Shown: positions 9,908 to 19,433 of the stretch, piece by piece
Position numbering within the stretch: position 1 is the first letter of the stretch
Layout of the letters: every line of letters starts with the position of its first letter
From: Bacteroidales bacterium
GTDB lineage: Bacteria; Bacteroidota; Bacteroidia; Bacteroidales; UBA932
Reading direction: 5' to 3'
DNA: 64,000 nucleotides
NCBI GenBank assembly: GCA_012510445.1
Contig: JAAZIA010000005.1
Location: 205-64,204, forward strand
Position numbers and translations under genes: made by a program
The notes under the pieces: model-generated
Databases searched by the model: none
Seen by the model: only the letters and a program-made list of their open reading frames with translations
Told to the model about the DNA's origin: nothing

Positions 9908-12483
9908 ACCTCCTCCCCGTCATAAAACTGATGAAAAGTATGTTGTTGACCGCCTATTTCAACAACAACTTCTCCCGGCCGGGCAATCCACACTCCATTT
10001 TCATCCATGGAAGAGCGTTGTTCCGGGTCCAGAGTAAACGATACAAGACGGCTTTCACCGGCCTCTAAGAAAACTTTCTCAAAACCCTGCAACGATTTGA
10101 TGGGAGCCGGATGAGAGGCATGGGGCAGAGAAACATACAATTGCACTACTTCTTCACCGTCTCTATGGCCCGTATTTGTTACCCGTACGGTAATTTCTAC
10201 ATTTTGGTTGCAAGAAATGGTCCGGGGCAAAGCGATGGGTTCGTATTCAAAAGTAGTATAGCTAAGACCGTATCCAAACGGGTATAAAGGCTCTCCCCTG
10301 AAAAATCGATACGTTTTTCCTTCCATAGAGTATTCCTCAAACGCAGGGATCTGATCAATAGACTTGTAAAAAGTCACAGGCAGTTTTCCGGAAGGGTTGT
10401 AATCTCCAAACAAAATATCTGCAATGGCATGTCCTCCTTCTTCACCGGGATACCATGCTTCCAGTATGGCCGGCAACTCTTTTATTTCCCGGTCAAAACT
10501 TACTGCACTTCCGTTCAACAATACCAGTACGGTTGGTTTGCCCAGTTTTTTTACGGCTTTAATCAATTCTGTTTGCGTTTGGGGCAAACGAATGTCTTCC
10601 CTGTCGCCACGATTAAAGCCTTCCACCATCACTTTCATTTCTTCTCCTTCCAGCAACGGGCTAAGCCCAAGACACAGAATCACCAGGTCGCTTTCCTGTG
10701 CCACCTGCAGGGCTTCTGCCATTACATCTTTTCCGGGGGGTTCCCAAAGCAGACGTACCATGGCATATTCCGTTTTGTTCTGAATATAAGACAAGGCTAT
10801 TTCATAAGGTTTTCCTGCCTGCAAATGAACGTACTCGTATTCTTTCCTAGGGTGGTGTTCATCGTGTCTACTTACAAGTGGCTTGCCGTCCAGGCTAAGC
10901 GAAAAACCACTAAAAGCCTCGGCTCCCAAAGCATACCTGCCCGATTCCGGAACGCAAAGAACCCCTGTCCATGTTACAGAGAAGTGGCGGTCATCCATTC
11001 CGGTAAAGGGTGCTCTATCCCACCACGTAAAATCAATGTTTAGGTCAACCAACTCATTTACCTGTTTTCTTTCCTGACCCCAATGATTAAAATACTTTCC
11101 CATAAGGCCTTGCCGGGACAGGGTACTGTCTGTATAGAGCACGTCACCGGGAATGGGTACCAGGTAGGGCAAGCCTTCTGCCAAAGCGCATCCTTGCGCA
11201 AAGGTAACAGATGTTCCGGGGAGCTTTTCCCTGATTCCTTCCAGCGGGGTAACCGGATTTTTTGAGTATCCGTTGTAATTGCCAAACAGCACTTCTGTAT
11301 CGTGCGCACTGGGACCTATTACAGCTACTTTTTGTACATCCTTTGACAGGGGCAATATACCGTCGTTTTCCAAAAGCACCATAGACTGCCTGGCCGCTTC
11401 CCGTGCCAAAGAAATGTGTTTATCACAGGCCACTACGCTCAGGGGGATTTTGCTATAAGGCACTTTACGTTGCGGATCAAACATTCCCAGTTTAAAGCGG
11501 GCCAGCATAAGCCGTTGAACAGCCGTGTCTATAAGCGATTCTTCCAGCAGCCCTTTTTGAACGGCTTCTGTCAAAAAAGGATACGTACTGCCGCAATTCA
11601 GGTCCGTACCTGCCCGGACGGCCAAGGCGGCTGCTTCTGCCGGCGTTTCCACTACCCCATGCATGCCTTCTTCATAAAAGTCTTTGACCGCCCAGCAATC
11701 AGAAACAATGTATCCTTTAAACCCCCAGGTATCACGGAGCAAAGAGCTTAAGAAAAAACTGCCGCAACAAGGTTCTCCCCACAACCGCTGGTACGCTCCC
11801 ATCACAGACCATACTCCTGCCTGTTGTACCACTTTTTTAAAGTGAGGAACATACGTTTCGTAAAAATCACGTTTGCCGGGATGAACGTCTGCACTGTGAC
11901 GCGTTGATTCGGGGCCGCTGTGTACTGCAAAATGTTTGGCCGTAGCCACAAGTTTTAGGTATTTGGGATCATCCCCCTGTAATCCTTTGATGTATTGAAC
12001 AGCCAGCTCCCCTGTCAGAAACGGGTCTTCTCCATACGTTTCCATGCCGCGTCCCCAGCGAGGGTCTCGGAATACATTGATATTGGGCGTCCAGTAAGTC
12101 AGCCCCTGGTATATTCCTCTTTTGCCCTGCTTTTGAAAATCATGGTATTTGGCTCGGGCTTCGTCACTCACTGCAGTGGCTATTTCAAATACCATTTCCT
12201 TGTTCCACATAGCGGCCATACCAATGGCTTGCGGAAATACGGTGGCATGTCCTGCACGACCTACGCCGTGCAGGCATTCGTTCCACCAATTGTATTCAGG
12301 AATGCCCAGACGCTCAATGGCAGGTGCCCGATGCCACATCTGGGAAACTTTTTCTTCCAGGGTCATTTCAGCAACTAAAGCAGCTGCTCTTTGGCTGAAA
12401 GATAAGTTCAGATTTTTCCAAACAGGCTTACAGCCCGTCAGGATCAAACATAAACACAGCCCGGAAAGAATCGTTTTTTTCAT
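9904..12483 (-). CDS. Glycoside hydrolase family 3 lipoprotein with PA14 insert (beta-xylosidase/beta-glucosidase)
   Basis: It has a lipobox (LILTGC) and a GH3 nucleophile region (GYIVSDCWAV). A PA14-like insert (GLMGKYFNHWG...FSVTWTGVL) and a C-terminal Fn3-like domain are present. The xylose context favours xylosidase. Confidence 0.85.
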   Translation of the reverse strand: MKKTILSGLCLCLILTGCKPVWKNLNLSFSQRAAALVAEMTLEEKVSQMWHRAPAIERLGIPEYNWWNECLHGVGRAGHATVFPQAIGMAAMWNKEMVFEIATAVSDEARAKYHDFQKQGKRGIYQGLTYWTPNINVFRDPRWGRGMETYGEDPFLTGELAVQYIKGLQGDDPKYLKLVATAKHFAVHSGPESTRHSADVHPGKRDFYETYVPHFKKVVQQAGVWSVMGAYQRLWGEPCCGSFFLSSLLRDTWGFKGYIVSDCWAVKDFYEEGMHGVVETPAEAAALAVRAGTDLNCGSTYPFLTEAVQKGLLEESLIDTAVQRLMLARFKLGMFDPQRKVPYSKIPLSVVACDKHISLAREAARQSMVLLENDGILPLSKDVQKVAVIGPSAHDTEVLFGNYNGYSKNPVTPLEGIREKLPGTSVTFAQGCALAEGLPYLVPIPGDVLYTDSTLSRQGLMGKYFNHWGQERKQVNELVDLNIDFTWWDRAPFTGMDDRHFSVTWTGVLCVPESGRYALGAEAFSGFSLSLDGKPLVSRHDEHHPRKEYEYVHLQAGKPYEIALSYIQNKTEYAMVRLLWEPPGKDVMAEALQVAQESDLVILCLGLSPLLEGEEMKVMVEGFNRGDREDIRLPQTQTELIKAVKKLGKPTVLVLLNGSAVSFDREIKELPAILEAWYPGEEGGHAIADILFGDYNPSGKLPVTFYKSIDQIPAFEEYSMEGKTYRFFRGEPLYPFGYGLSYTTFEYEPIALPRTISCNQNVEITVRVTNTGHRDGEEVVQLYVSLPHASHPAPIKSLQGFEKVFLEAGESRLVSFTLDPEQRSSMDENGVWIARPGEVVVEIGGQQHTFHQFYDGEEV

Positions 12484-12494
12484 AGCTGCACAGA

Positions 12495-14156
12495 CTACTG
12501 AATTTTACCTTTTACTTTTTCCCAAAGCTCTTTTTCACGCGCTTCTGCCAGCTGCAGCCATTTAGTGGCTTCCTCTTCCAACTCTCGGGCCGCTTCTTTG
12601 TTATCCAGACCGGACGTGTTGATAAGCACATTCAGGTACCCTCCCTTAACGGCTCCTAATACGGCGGGAGCTCCTACACCGGCATCTGTTACGGAATTGG
12701 GGTTTCCTTTTTCAATCATAGCCTCCAAAATATCAAATACCTTTATGGCTGTTTTCATAGTTTGCAAAGGAATTTGAGAAGCATACAAAGTGGCGGCTTC
12801 TATCGCTTGGTCTCTTTGTGCCTGTTCTTCTTTTGTTTCTCTAGGCAAAGAGAAAGCTTCTATCACTTTTTTGTAGGAAAGCGTATCTTCTTCTACCAGA
12901 CGAAGCAATTCGGCCACTAAAACCTGACCTTTTTCCGCCCAATTAGAGAAATATTCCCATTGGTCGTCCCAGCCGCGTTTGTGTGAAGACAAGTTGGCTA
13001 CCATCGTTCCTAAAGCAGCTCCCAAGGCTCCCATATATGCACTGACCGAACCTCCGCCCGGAGCCGGTGATTCGCTGGCCGTTTCCAAAGCAAACTCCCT
13101 GCAAGTTAAATCGCACAAGCCTTTTTCTGTGGGTTCTTCTTCCAGAAGGTATTCCAAGATCCTTGTTTTGGGATCAAAAGGTTTCAGTTCGTTTAGTCCC
13201 ATGGAGCGTATGGCCGTACGAATGATTTCTTCTTCCGGAAGACCTAAAGAGCGTTGTTGCTTACGCAAGAAGTGTTTACCGGCATCTAACAAGGCACTCT
13301 TAGGCACCAGTCCCACAAGCTCGGTACCCGTTACACGAATGCCTCGCTTCCATGCTCTTTCACTAACCTCGTCAAAGGCTACGTGCAATGGGGTAACTGC
13401 AATGTTGGTCAAGTTCATAGATACTTGTGCCAAACCGTATTCTTTTATGTACCACCCAATGGCTTTGCAATCTTTGAGCGTTCCCGGTTGCCATTTTTCT
13501 TTCCCATCCACCATTACTTTCCTGCCTCTTTCCCTCACATCAAACGAAATGGCATTGGCCCTCCTCACAGAAGTGGTATTTAAGTTAAAGTTCACGGCAA
13601 TCAAGAAATCCCTGGCACCTATTACCGTAAGGCCTGTAGACGCTACACGGTCCGAATATTCCGTAGGTCCAAAATCGGGTTTCCACTGCGGGTCCTTAAG
13701 TTTGGCTTCCAAGCCTTCGTATTCTCCTTCCCGGCAGACGGCCAGGTTTCTTCTTTCCTCAGAAAATGCTGCATCTTCATAACAATACACGGGAATTTCC
13801 AGTTCCTCTCCCACCCTGCGTGCCAAATCCCTGGCATATTCTACCGTCTCTTCCATGGTAACCCCAGATACCGGAATTAAAGGACATACGTCGGTAGCTC
13901 CTATCCGTGGATGTTCTCCGTGATGGTGACGCATATCAATACATTCAGAGGCCACCTTAATGGCACGGAACGCTGCCTCAACAACAGCTTCCGGAGTTCC
14001 TGCGAAAGTCATTACCGTGCGGTTGGTAGCCACTCCGGGATCTACGTTCAATAGTTTAACTCCTTCCGTTCCTGCAATGGCATCGGAAATTTTAGCAATG
14101 GTTTTCTTGTCCCTTCCTTCAGAAAAATTGGGGACACATTCAATGATTCGTTTCAT
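12495..14156 (-). CDS. ftcD: Bifunctional glutamate formimidoyltransferase / formimidoyltetrahydrofolate cyclodeaminase
   Basis: The N-terminus IIECVPNFSEGRD is the formiminotransferase hallmark. The C-terminal APGGGSVSAYMGALGAALGTMV is the cyclodeaminase motif. At 553 aa this is a fused form. Confidence 0.85.
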   Translation of the reverse strand: MKRIIECVPNFSEGRDKKTIAKISDAIAGTEGVKLLNVDPGVATNRTVMTFAGTPEAVVEAAFRAIKVASECIDMRHHHGEHPRIGATDVCPLIPVSGVTMEETVEYARDLARRVGEELEIPVYCYEDAAFSEERRNLAVCREGEYEGLEAKLKDPQWKPDFGPTEYSDRVASTGLTVIGARDFLIAVNFNLNTTSVRRANAISFDVRERGRKVMVDGKEKWQPGTLKDCKAIGWYIKEYGLAQVSMNLTNIAVTPLHVAFDEVSERAWKRGIRVTGTELVGLVPKSALLDAGKHFLRKQQRSLGLPEEEIIRTAIRSMGLNELKPFDPKTRILEYLLEEEPTEKGLCDLTCREFALETASESPAPGGGSVSAYMGALGAALGTMVANLSSHKRGWDDQWEYFSNWAEKGQVLVAELLRLVEEDTLSYKKVIEAFSLPRETKEEQAQRDQAIEAATLYASQIPLQTMKTAIKVFDILEAMIEKGNPNSVTDAGVGAPAVLGAVKGGYLNVLINTSGLDNKEAARELEEEATKWLQLAEAREKELWEKVKGKIQ

Positions 14157-14160
14157 AAAG

Positions 14161-14820
14161 TTATTCGTATATAAGTTTTATTCTATTCCCCAGTTCACGC
14201 TCCAGCTTTTCTTTATCCAGCTCAAAGTAATGTATGGGGTACACCACGGGAGCTCCTATGCGCCGGGCTGCTTCTAAAAATTGTTCGTCGCTCATGGTAT
14301 AAGGCAAGTTTTTGGGCAATAGGGCCACGTCTATATGTCCCAATTGATCCATCTCCGGAATGAGCTCCGTGTCTCCTGCACTGTATACCCTAAAATCTCC
14401 AAACGTAAATACATAGCCGTTCCCGTATCCTTTGGGATGGAAAGGCTGGCCATCGTCTTTTTTATTAATGATGTTGTATGCCGGAACGGCGGTAATTTCT
14501 ATTCCTTTCCAATGAAAAACCTCTCCGTTGTTCAAGGTTTTCTCCAGTTCCAAGTGTTCTTCCATACACCGGGGTCCAACAAATATTGTTTTTTTTACTA
14601 CCAAATGTTCCAGTGCTTTTTTATCGTAATGATCAAAATGGTCGTGTGTAAAAAAGACAATATCTGCTTTGGGGAACTTACTGTAGTCCGTTGTTTCTGA
14701 ATAAGGATCTATATACATAATCAGATCTCCCAAACGGAAACATACGGCACCGTGCCCTGCAGGCACTATGGTAAGCGTCCCAAGTGACGTCTTAAATTGT
14801 TGTGATAAGGTAAAGATCAT
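14161..14820 (-). CDS. MBL-fold metallo-hydrolase
   Basis: It has the THDHFDH (HxHxDH) zinc motif and is 219 aa. It overlaps the hutI stop by 4 nt. Confidence 0.75.
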   Translation of the reverse strand: MIFTLSQQFKTSLGTLTIVPAGHGAVCFRLGDLIMYIDPYSETTDYSKFPKADIVFFTHDHFDHYDKKALEHLVVKKTIFVGPRCMEEHLELEKTLNNGEVFHWKGIEITAVPAYNIINKKDDGQPFHPKGYGNGYVFTFGDFRVYSAGDTELIPEMDQLGHIDVALLPKNLPYTMSDEQFLEAARRIGAPVVYPIHYFELDKEKLERELGNRIKLIYE

Positions 14821-16085
14821 AATGTAATAATTTTTCCGTTAATTATTGTTGTCTCTATCAGTGGGCTTGTAAAAGCATAGGCAAAATATTCATAGGAAGG
14901 CATGGGTACGGTAATAAAGACATTGGCTGTCTTTCCAACGGTTATGGAACCAAAACGAGAAGAAAGATCCATAGCATGGGCGCCATTCAGGGTGGCTGCA
15001 TTAATGGCCTCTTCCGGTGTCATCTTCATCTTTAGGCAAGCCAGTGTCATCATAAACTGCATGTTGCCCGCAGGACACGAACCGGGATTGTAGTTGGTAG
15101 CTAAAGTTACCGGCAATCCTCTCTTGATCATTTCTCTGGCCTGTGCATATTCCATTTCCAGGAAAAAAGTAGACCCGGGCAGTAAAACAGGCATGGTGTC
15201 TGACGCTGCCAAGACGTCCCATTCTTCCGAACCGGTATGCTCTAAATGATCAACGGTAATGGCACCATAATTGACTCCCGTTTGAACACCTCCCGAATAA
15301 TCCATCTGGTTGGCATGTACTTTTGGACGTAATCCATGTTTTAGTGCTGCCGTAAAAATCCTTTCTGTATCTTTTACCGTAAAGAACCCCGTTTCACAAA
15401 AGACATCTGCATATTGTGCCAATCCTTCTTCTGCCACTTTGGGAATCATTTCCTCTACAATCAAATCTACGTACGCTTCCTGCCTGCCTTTGTATGCTTC
15501 CGGAACGGCATGCGCCCCCAAAAAAGTAGCCTTTACCTCTAAGGGTGTTTCTTCTCCAATCCTTCGGATTACCCGCAGCATTTTTAACTCGTCTTCCACA
15601 GTCAGACCGTAACCGCTTTTTATTTCTATGGCCCCTGTTCCAAAACCAATCATTTCCCGGGCACGTACCAGGCTTTGCCTATACAATTCTTCTTCAGAAG
15701 TTTGGTGAAGCAAACGAGCCGAGTTTAAAATGCCTCCTCCCCTGGCGGCAATTTCCCGGTAAGAGAGCCCTCTGATTTTATCCATAAACTCTTTCTCTCT
15801 GCTTCCTGCATATACTATATGGGTGTGGCAGTCGCAAAAAGAAGGGAAGACACATTTCCCGCGAGCATCAATAACCCGGGTGCCTAATGGAATATCCTCT
15901 TTATAAGGACACGTTTCCATAAGACCAAAATCGTCAATAATGCCTTCTTTAATATAAAGCCATGCATTGTTTATACAAGGTAACGTATTCAGGTCTTTAC
16001 CGCTGCAGGCAGAAGAGGCCCCTTCTTGATGCCCCCTGCGAACCTGCACCAGTTGTTTTATGTTTTCAATTAAAATTCCACTCAT
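14817..16085 (-). CDS. hutI: Imidazolonepropionase
   Basis: It is an amidohydrolase fold with CHTHIVYAG and VDHLEH motifs, lies next to hutH, and is 422 aa. Confidence 0.9.
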   Translation of the reverse strand: MSGILIENIKQLVQVRRGHQEGASSACSGKDLNTLPCINNAWLYIKEGIIDDFGLMETCPYKEDIPLGTRVIDARGKCVFPSFCDCHTHIVYAGSREKEFMDKIRGLSYREIAARGGGILNSARLLHQTSEEELYRQSLVRAREMIGFGTGAIEIKSGYGLTVEDELKMLRVIRRIGEETPLEVKATFLGAHAVPEAYKGRQEAYVDLIVEEMIPKVAEEGLAQYADVFCETGFFTVKDTERIFTAALKHGLRPKVHANQMDYSGGVQTGVNYGAITVDHLEHTGSEEWDVLAASDTMPVLLPGSTFFLEMEYAQAREMIKRGLPVTLATNYNPGSCPAGNMQFMMTLACLKMKMTPEEAINAATLNGAHAMDLSSRFGSITVGKTANVFITVPMPSYEYFAYAFTSPLIETTIINGKIITL

Positions 16086-17556
16086 CTTTTACAAATTTTT
16101 CTGCTTGGTGCATCAATGGGTACATAAGTACATCTTCTTCCACAAAGGGAACGTAGCGGCGAAATGCCTCTGCCAGTTTTTCCAAAACGGGAGAGGTACT
16201 GTCCGGTCTTCTGAATTCAAGAGCCTGTACTGCATTGAACAACTCAATGGACAGTACCCTACTCACATTCTCCACAAGCTTCATGCATTTAATGGCTGCA
16301 TTGGCTCCCATGCTCACATGGTCTTCCTGTGTCTGAGACGAGTCTATGGAGTCTACACTGGAGGGAGTACACAATTGTTTGTTCCGGCTCACAATAGAGG
16401 CAGCCGTGTACTGCGGAATCATAAACCCGCTGTTTACTCCCGGCCTGGCAACCAAGAACGAAGGCAAGCCTCTTTTTCCTGCAATCAGCTGATTGGTTCT
16501 CCGTTCAGAAATGTTTCCTAATTCGGCAACGGCAATGGCCAAAAAATCCAAGGCAAGTGCCAACGGTTGTCCGTGGAAATTTCCTGCAGAGACAATCAGG
16601 TCGTTGTCCGGAAATACCGTAGGGTTATCGGTAGCTGCATTCATTTCTGTTGTCAACACCCCGGTTACGTATGCCAGGCAATCTTTTGTTGCGCCGTGGA
16701 CTTGTGGAATACAGCGGAAGGAATACGGATCTTGTACGTGTTCTTTCTGTTTTGCTATAAGCTTGCTTCCTTCCAAATACCTCTCTACAGAGGCAGCCGT
16801 TTCTGCCTGACCGGCATGCGGCCTTACACGGTGTACTTCTTTTGTAAAAGGTTCCGGCCTGCCGTCGTAAACATCCAGTGATAAGGCAGCAATCATATCG
16901 GCTTTATCCGACAGTTTTTTTGACCTAATCAACGACCACAAACCGCAGGCACACATAAATTGCGTACCGTTAAGTAAGGCAAGGCCTTCTTTTGATTGCA
17001 AACGGATAGGCTCCCATCCCATGTGACTGTTCAGCTCTTCTCCGCTCATGCGCTTCCCATCTACTTCTACCTCTCCCAAGCCAATCAAAGGTAAGGACAA
17101 ATGAGCCAGTGGAGCCAGATCTCCGGACGCTCCCAGGGAACCCTGTTCATAAACAATCGGATACACTCCACGGTTAAAAAAATCAACCAGACGCTGTACT
17201 GTTTTTAATTGCACTCCCGAAAAACCATAGGAAAGAGAACGTATTTTTAGAAACAACATGAGTTTCACCACTTCTTTAGGCACTTCTTTACCCATACCGC
17301 AGGCATGTGACATCACCAAGTTTTTTTGCAACTGTTCCAGTTCTTTCTTTTTGATAGCCACATTATGAAGGGCTCCAAAGCCGGTATTCACGCCATAGAC
17401 CAAACCGGAATCATTGATCTTTTTATCTAAATAATTACGGCATTTTTCAATGTTTTGAATGGCTTCTTCAGAAAGCTCAAGTTGGGTTTTTACTGTCAGG
17501 ATTTTTTCCGGTACCTCAATTCCTGCAGGGGAAGAGGAAATGGTGTGAAAATACAT
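16066..17556 (-). CDS. hutH: Histidine ammonia-lyase
   Basis: It carries the MIO-forming triad in SLGASGDLAPLAHL. I prefer the ATG at 17556 (MYFHTISS) because a terminator-like hairpin lies inside the longer track ORF that starts at 17616. Confidence 0.85.
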   Translation of the reverse strand: MYFHTISSSPAGIEVPEKILTVKTQLELSEEAIQNIEKCRNYLDKKINDSGLVYGVNTGFGALHNVAIKKKELEQLQKNLVMSHACGMGKEVPKEVVKLMLFLKIRSLSYGFSGVQLKTVQRLVDFFNRGVYPIVYEQGSLGASGDLAPLAHLSLPLIGLGEVEVDGKRMSGEELNSHMGWEPIRLQSKEGLALLNGTQFMCACGLWSLIRSKKLSDKADMIAALSLDVYDGRPEPFTKEVHRVRPHAGQAETAASVERYLEGSKLIAKQKEHVQDPYSFRCIPQVHGATKDCLAYVTGVLTTEMNAATDNPTVFPDNDLIVSAGNFHGQPLALALDFLAIAVAELGNISERRTNQLIAGKRGLPSFLVARPGVNSGFMIPQYTAASIVSRNKQLCTPSSVDSIDSSQTQEDHVSMGANAAIKCMKLVENVSRVLSIELFNAVQALEFRRPDSTSPVLEKLAEAFRRYVPFVEEDVLMYPLMHQAEKFVKDEWNFN

Positions 17557-17580
17557 AGGTTGTGATTTAAAATTATGTAA

Positions 17581-17622
17581 CAAAAATACCGCATTTTGTG
17601 TACATATAAAAGCCAAATGCGG
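17581..17622 (-). terminator. Putative intrinsic terminator after ygiQ
   Basis: In minus-strand sense, CCGCATTT(18-nt loop)AAATGCGG is followed by TATTTTTG. The stem is 8 bp but the loop is large. Confidence 0.4.
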
Positions 17623-17646
17623 TGACTTTGTATTAGGTGTATAGTA

Positions 17647-19398
17647 TTACTTTAAGAAAAAGCTTTCCTTCTGGAGTGCTTTTTTTTGTAGGTTCTGTTC
17701 CGCAAATACTCTTTTACCCGTTTCGGGAACCAAACCGGTATAAAACATTACCGATGATTTGGTCATAGGCGTGGGAGTAAAATCCTGCACCTGTTCCACC
17801 CAAATGCCGTCTTTTTTAAATTTCTTGGCTAAGCTGTACATATCCTGCCGGGTACAGCCCGGATGGGAAGATATAAAGTAAGGGATCAATTGCCAACGGT
17901 AGCCTTCTTTTTTTACTTCTTTCAAAAATGCCCTTCGTAAGGTTCTGTACAAGGCAAAAGACGGCTTGTGCATATGGTTAAGTACATGGTCTTCTGTATG
18001 CTCGGGCGCCACCTTCAATCTGCCCGATACGTGATATCTGAGCAACTCGCGGAAATACTGTTCGCCTTCTTTATTCAAAAAACCATGAGCATCCAGAAAC
18101 AGATCGTAGCGAATGCCGCTGCCTATAGTTACTTTTTTTACACCCGCAGATTCCCTGACAGTTTTATACAGTTCCAATAAAGGCTTGTGAGAAGTGTCCA
18201 GGTTTTTGCATATACGCGGGAACAGACAGGACGTTCGGGTACAAACTCGGCACAAGTTAAGGTCCTTCCCTTGCATGGCATACATATTGGCCGTTGGGCC
18301 CCCTAAATCTGTAATGTGGCCTTTCCATTCTTCCAGCGCAGACAAGGCAGCCGTTTCTTTAAGTACCGAGGCTTGTGAACGCCAGGTAATCTGGCGGCCC
18401 TGATGTGCGGCAATGGTACAGAAACTACAACCGCCAAAGCATCCCCTGTGCAGGCATATGGAAAAACGGATCATTTCCAATGCCGGAATTCTTTTGCCTT
18501 TATAGCGCGGATGGGCCTTATAGGTAAAAGGAAGGTCGTAAATACTATCCAACTGTGCTTGTGTCATAAGTGGAAAAAGCGGATTCACAACAACGGCAGG
18601 ACCCTCTGCTTTGTCTAACGGTTCCACCAACACGGGCGGGGACGGCGCATTGGCCTGTTCTTCAAAAACACGAAAGTGTTCTGCAAACACTCGTTTGTTT
18701 GTTTTGCAAGCCTTATGGGAAGGCAGCTGCAACCAAGCCTGACCGTTGCTAGAACCACAGTCCGGTATTTCCCTAACAGATTTTGCCAGATAGGCTATTT
18801 GCGGAGTCAGGCGTATTTCTTCTTGCGTAGCTCCGCTGCTTATCTTACGAGCCAGTTCCACAACGGCACGCTCTCCCATACCGTACACCAGGTAATCTGC
18901 TCCCGATGCTACTAACACGGAAGGGGTAAGGGTGTCTGACCAATAATCGTAATGGGTAAGCCGTCGCAAAGAGGCTTCTATTCCTCCAAGTACAACAGGA
19001 GTGTTAGGGTACAGCTTTTTGAGAATGTGTGTATATACAGTAACGGCATAATCGGGACGCATGTCTGACCTTGAATCTGCCGTATAAGCATCGTTGCTTC
19101 TTAGGCGTTTTGCTGCTGTATAGTGGTTTACCATAGAGTCCATATTCCCCGAGGTTACTCCAAAAAACAACCTGGGCTCACCCAGTTTTTTGAAATCCCT
19201 AAGGTCATCTCTCCAATTGGGCTGCGGTACTATAGCCACCAAATACCCTTCTGCCTGTAATATCCTTCCGATGATAGCTGCCCCAAAAGAAGGGTGGTCC
19301 ACGTAAGCATCTCCCGAGAAAAGTATGATATCTAACCGGTCAATCCCTAAATGCTTCAACTCTTTCCGTGAGGTAGGCAACATGCTGCAAAGGTACAT
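17647..19398 (-). CDS. ygiQ: YgiQ-family radical SAM protein
   Basis: It has the N-terminal GDAYVDHPSFG motif and a radical-SAM CxxxCxxC (CFGGCSFC). It is 583 aa. An alternative start lies at 19383 (MLPTSRKEL). Confidence 0.85.
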   Translation of the reverse strand: MYLCSMLPTSRKELKHLGIDRLDIILFSGDAYVDHPSFGAAIIGRILQAEGYLVAIVPQPNWRDDLRDFKKLGEPRLFFGVTSGNMDSMVNHYTAAKRLRSNDAYTADSRSDMRPDYAVTVYTHILKKLYPNTPVVLGGIEASLRRLTHYDYWSDTLTPSVLVASGADYLVYGMGERAVVELARKISSGATQEEIRLTPQIAYLAKSVREIPDCGSSNGQAWLQLPSHKACKTNKRVFAEHFRVFEEQANAPSPPVLVEPLDKAEGPAVVVNPLFPLMTQAQLDSIYDLPFTYKAHPRYKGKRIPALEMIRFSICLHRGCFGGCSFCTIAAHQGRQITWRSQASVLKETAALSALEEWKGHITDLGGPTANMYAMQGKDLNLCRVCTRTSCLFPRICKNLDTSHKPLLELYKTVRESAGVKKVTIGSGIRYDLFLDAHGFLNKEGEQYFRELLRYHVSGRLKVAPEHTEDHVLNHMHKPSFALYRTLRRAFLKEVKKEGYRWQLIPYFISSHPGCTRQDMYSLAKKFKKDGIWVEQVQDFTPTPMTKSSVMFYTGLVPETGKRVFAEQNLQKKALQKESFFLK

Positions 19399-19433
19399 GA
19401 CTTTTTGTTATATTTGGAGAAAATATAACCATT

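Noticed and set aside
12979-13782. A 267-aa plus-strand ORF lies antisense to ftcD. Similar antisense ORFs occur at 5185..5817, 10429..11043, 1400..1969, 3680..4234, 8808..9362, 54983..55669, 55305..55880 and 59448..59918.
   Set aside because: Each is fully nested opposite a confidently identified gene. They are Ser/Pro/Arg-rich with no start context or motifs, so I treat them as non-coding shadows.
16066-17556. I asked whether the ammonia-lyase could be the tyrosine ammonia-lyase that starts flexirubin/aryl-polyene synthesis for the operon at 22.9-28.3 kb.
   Set aside because: It overlaps hutI and sits in a hut context with ftcD, 5 kb and several unrelated genes away from the lipid operon. 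It is most simply a histidine ammonia-lyase. Substrate-selectivity residues would need an alignment.
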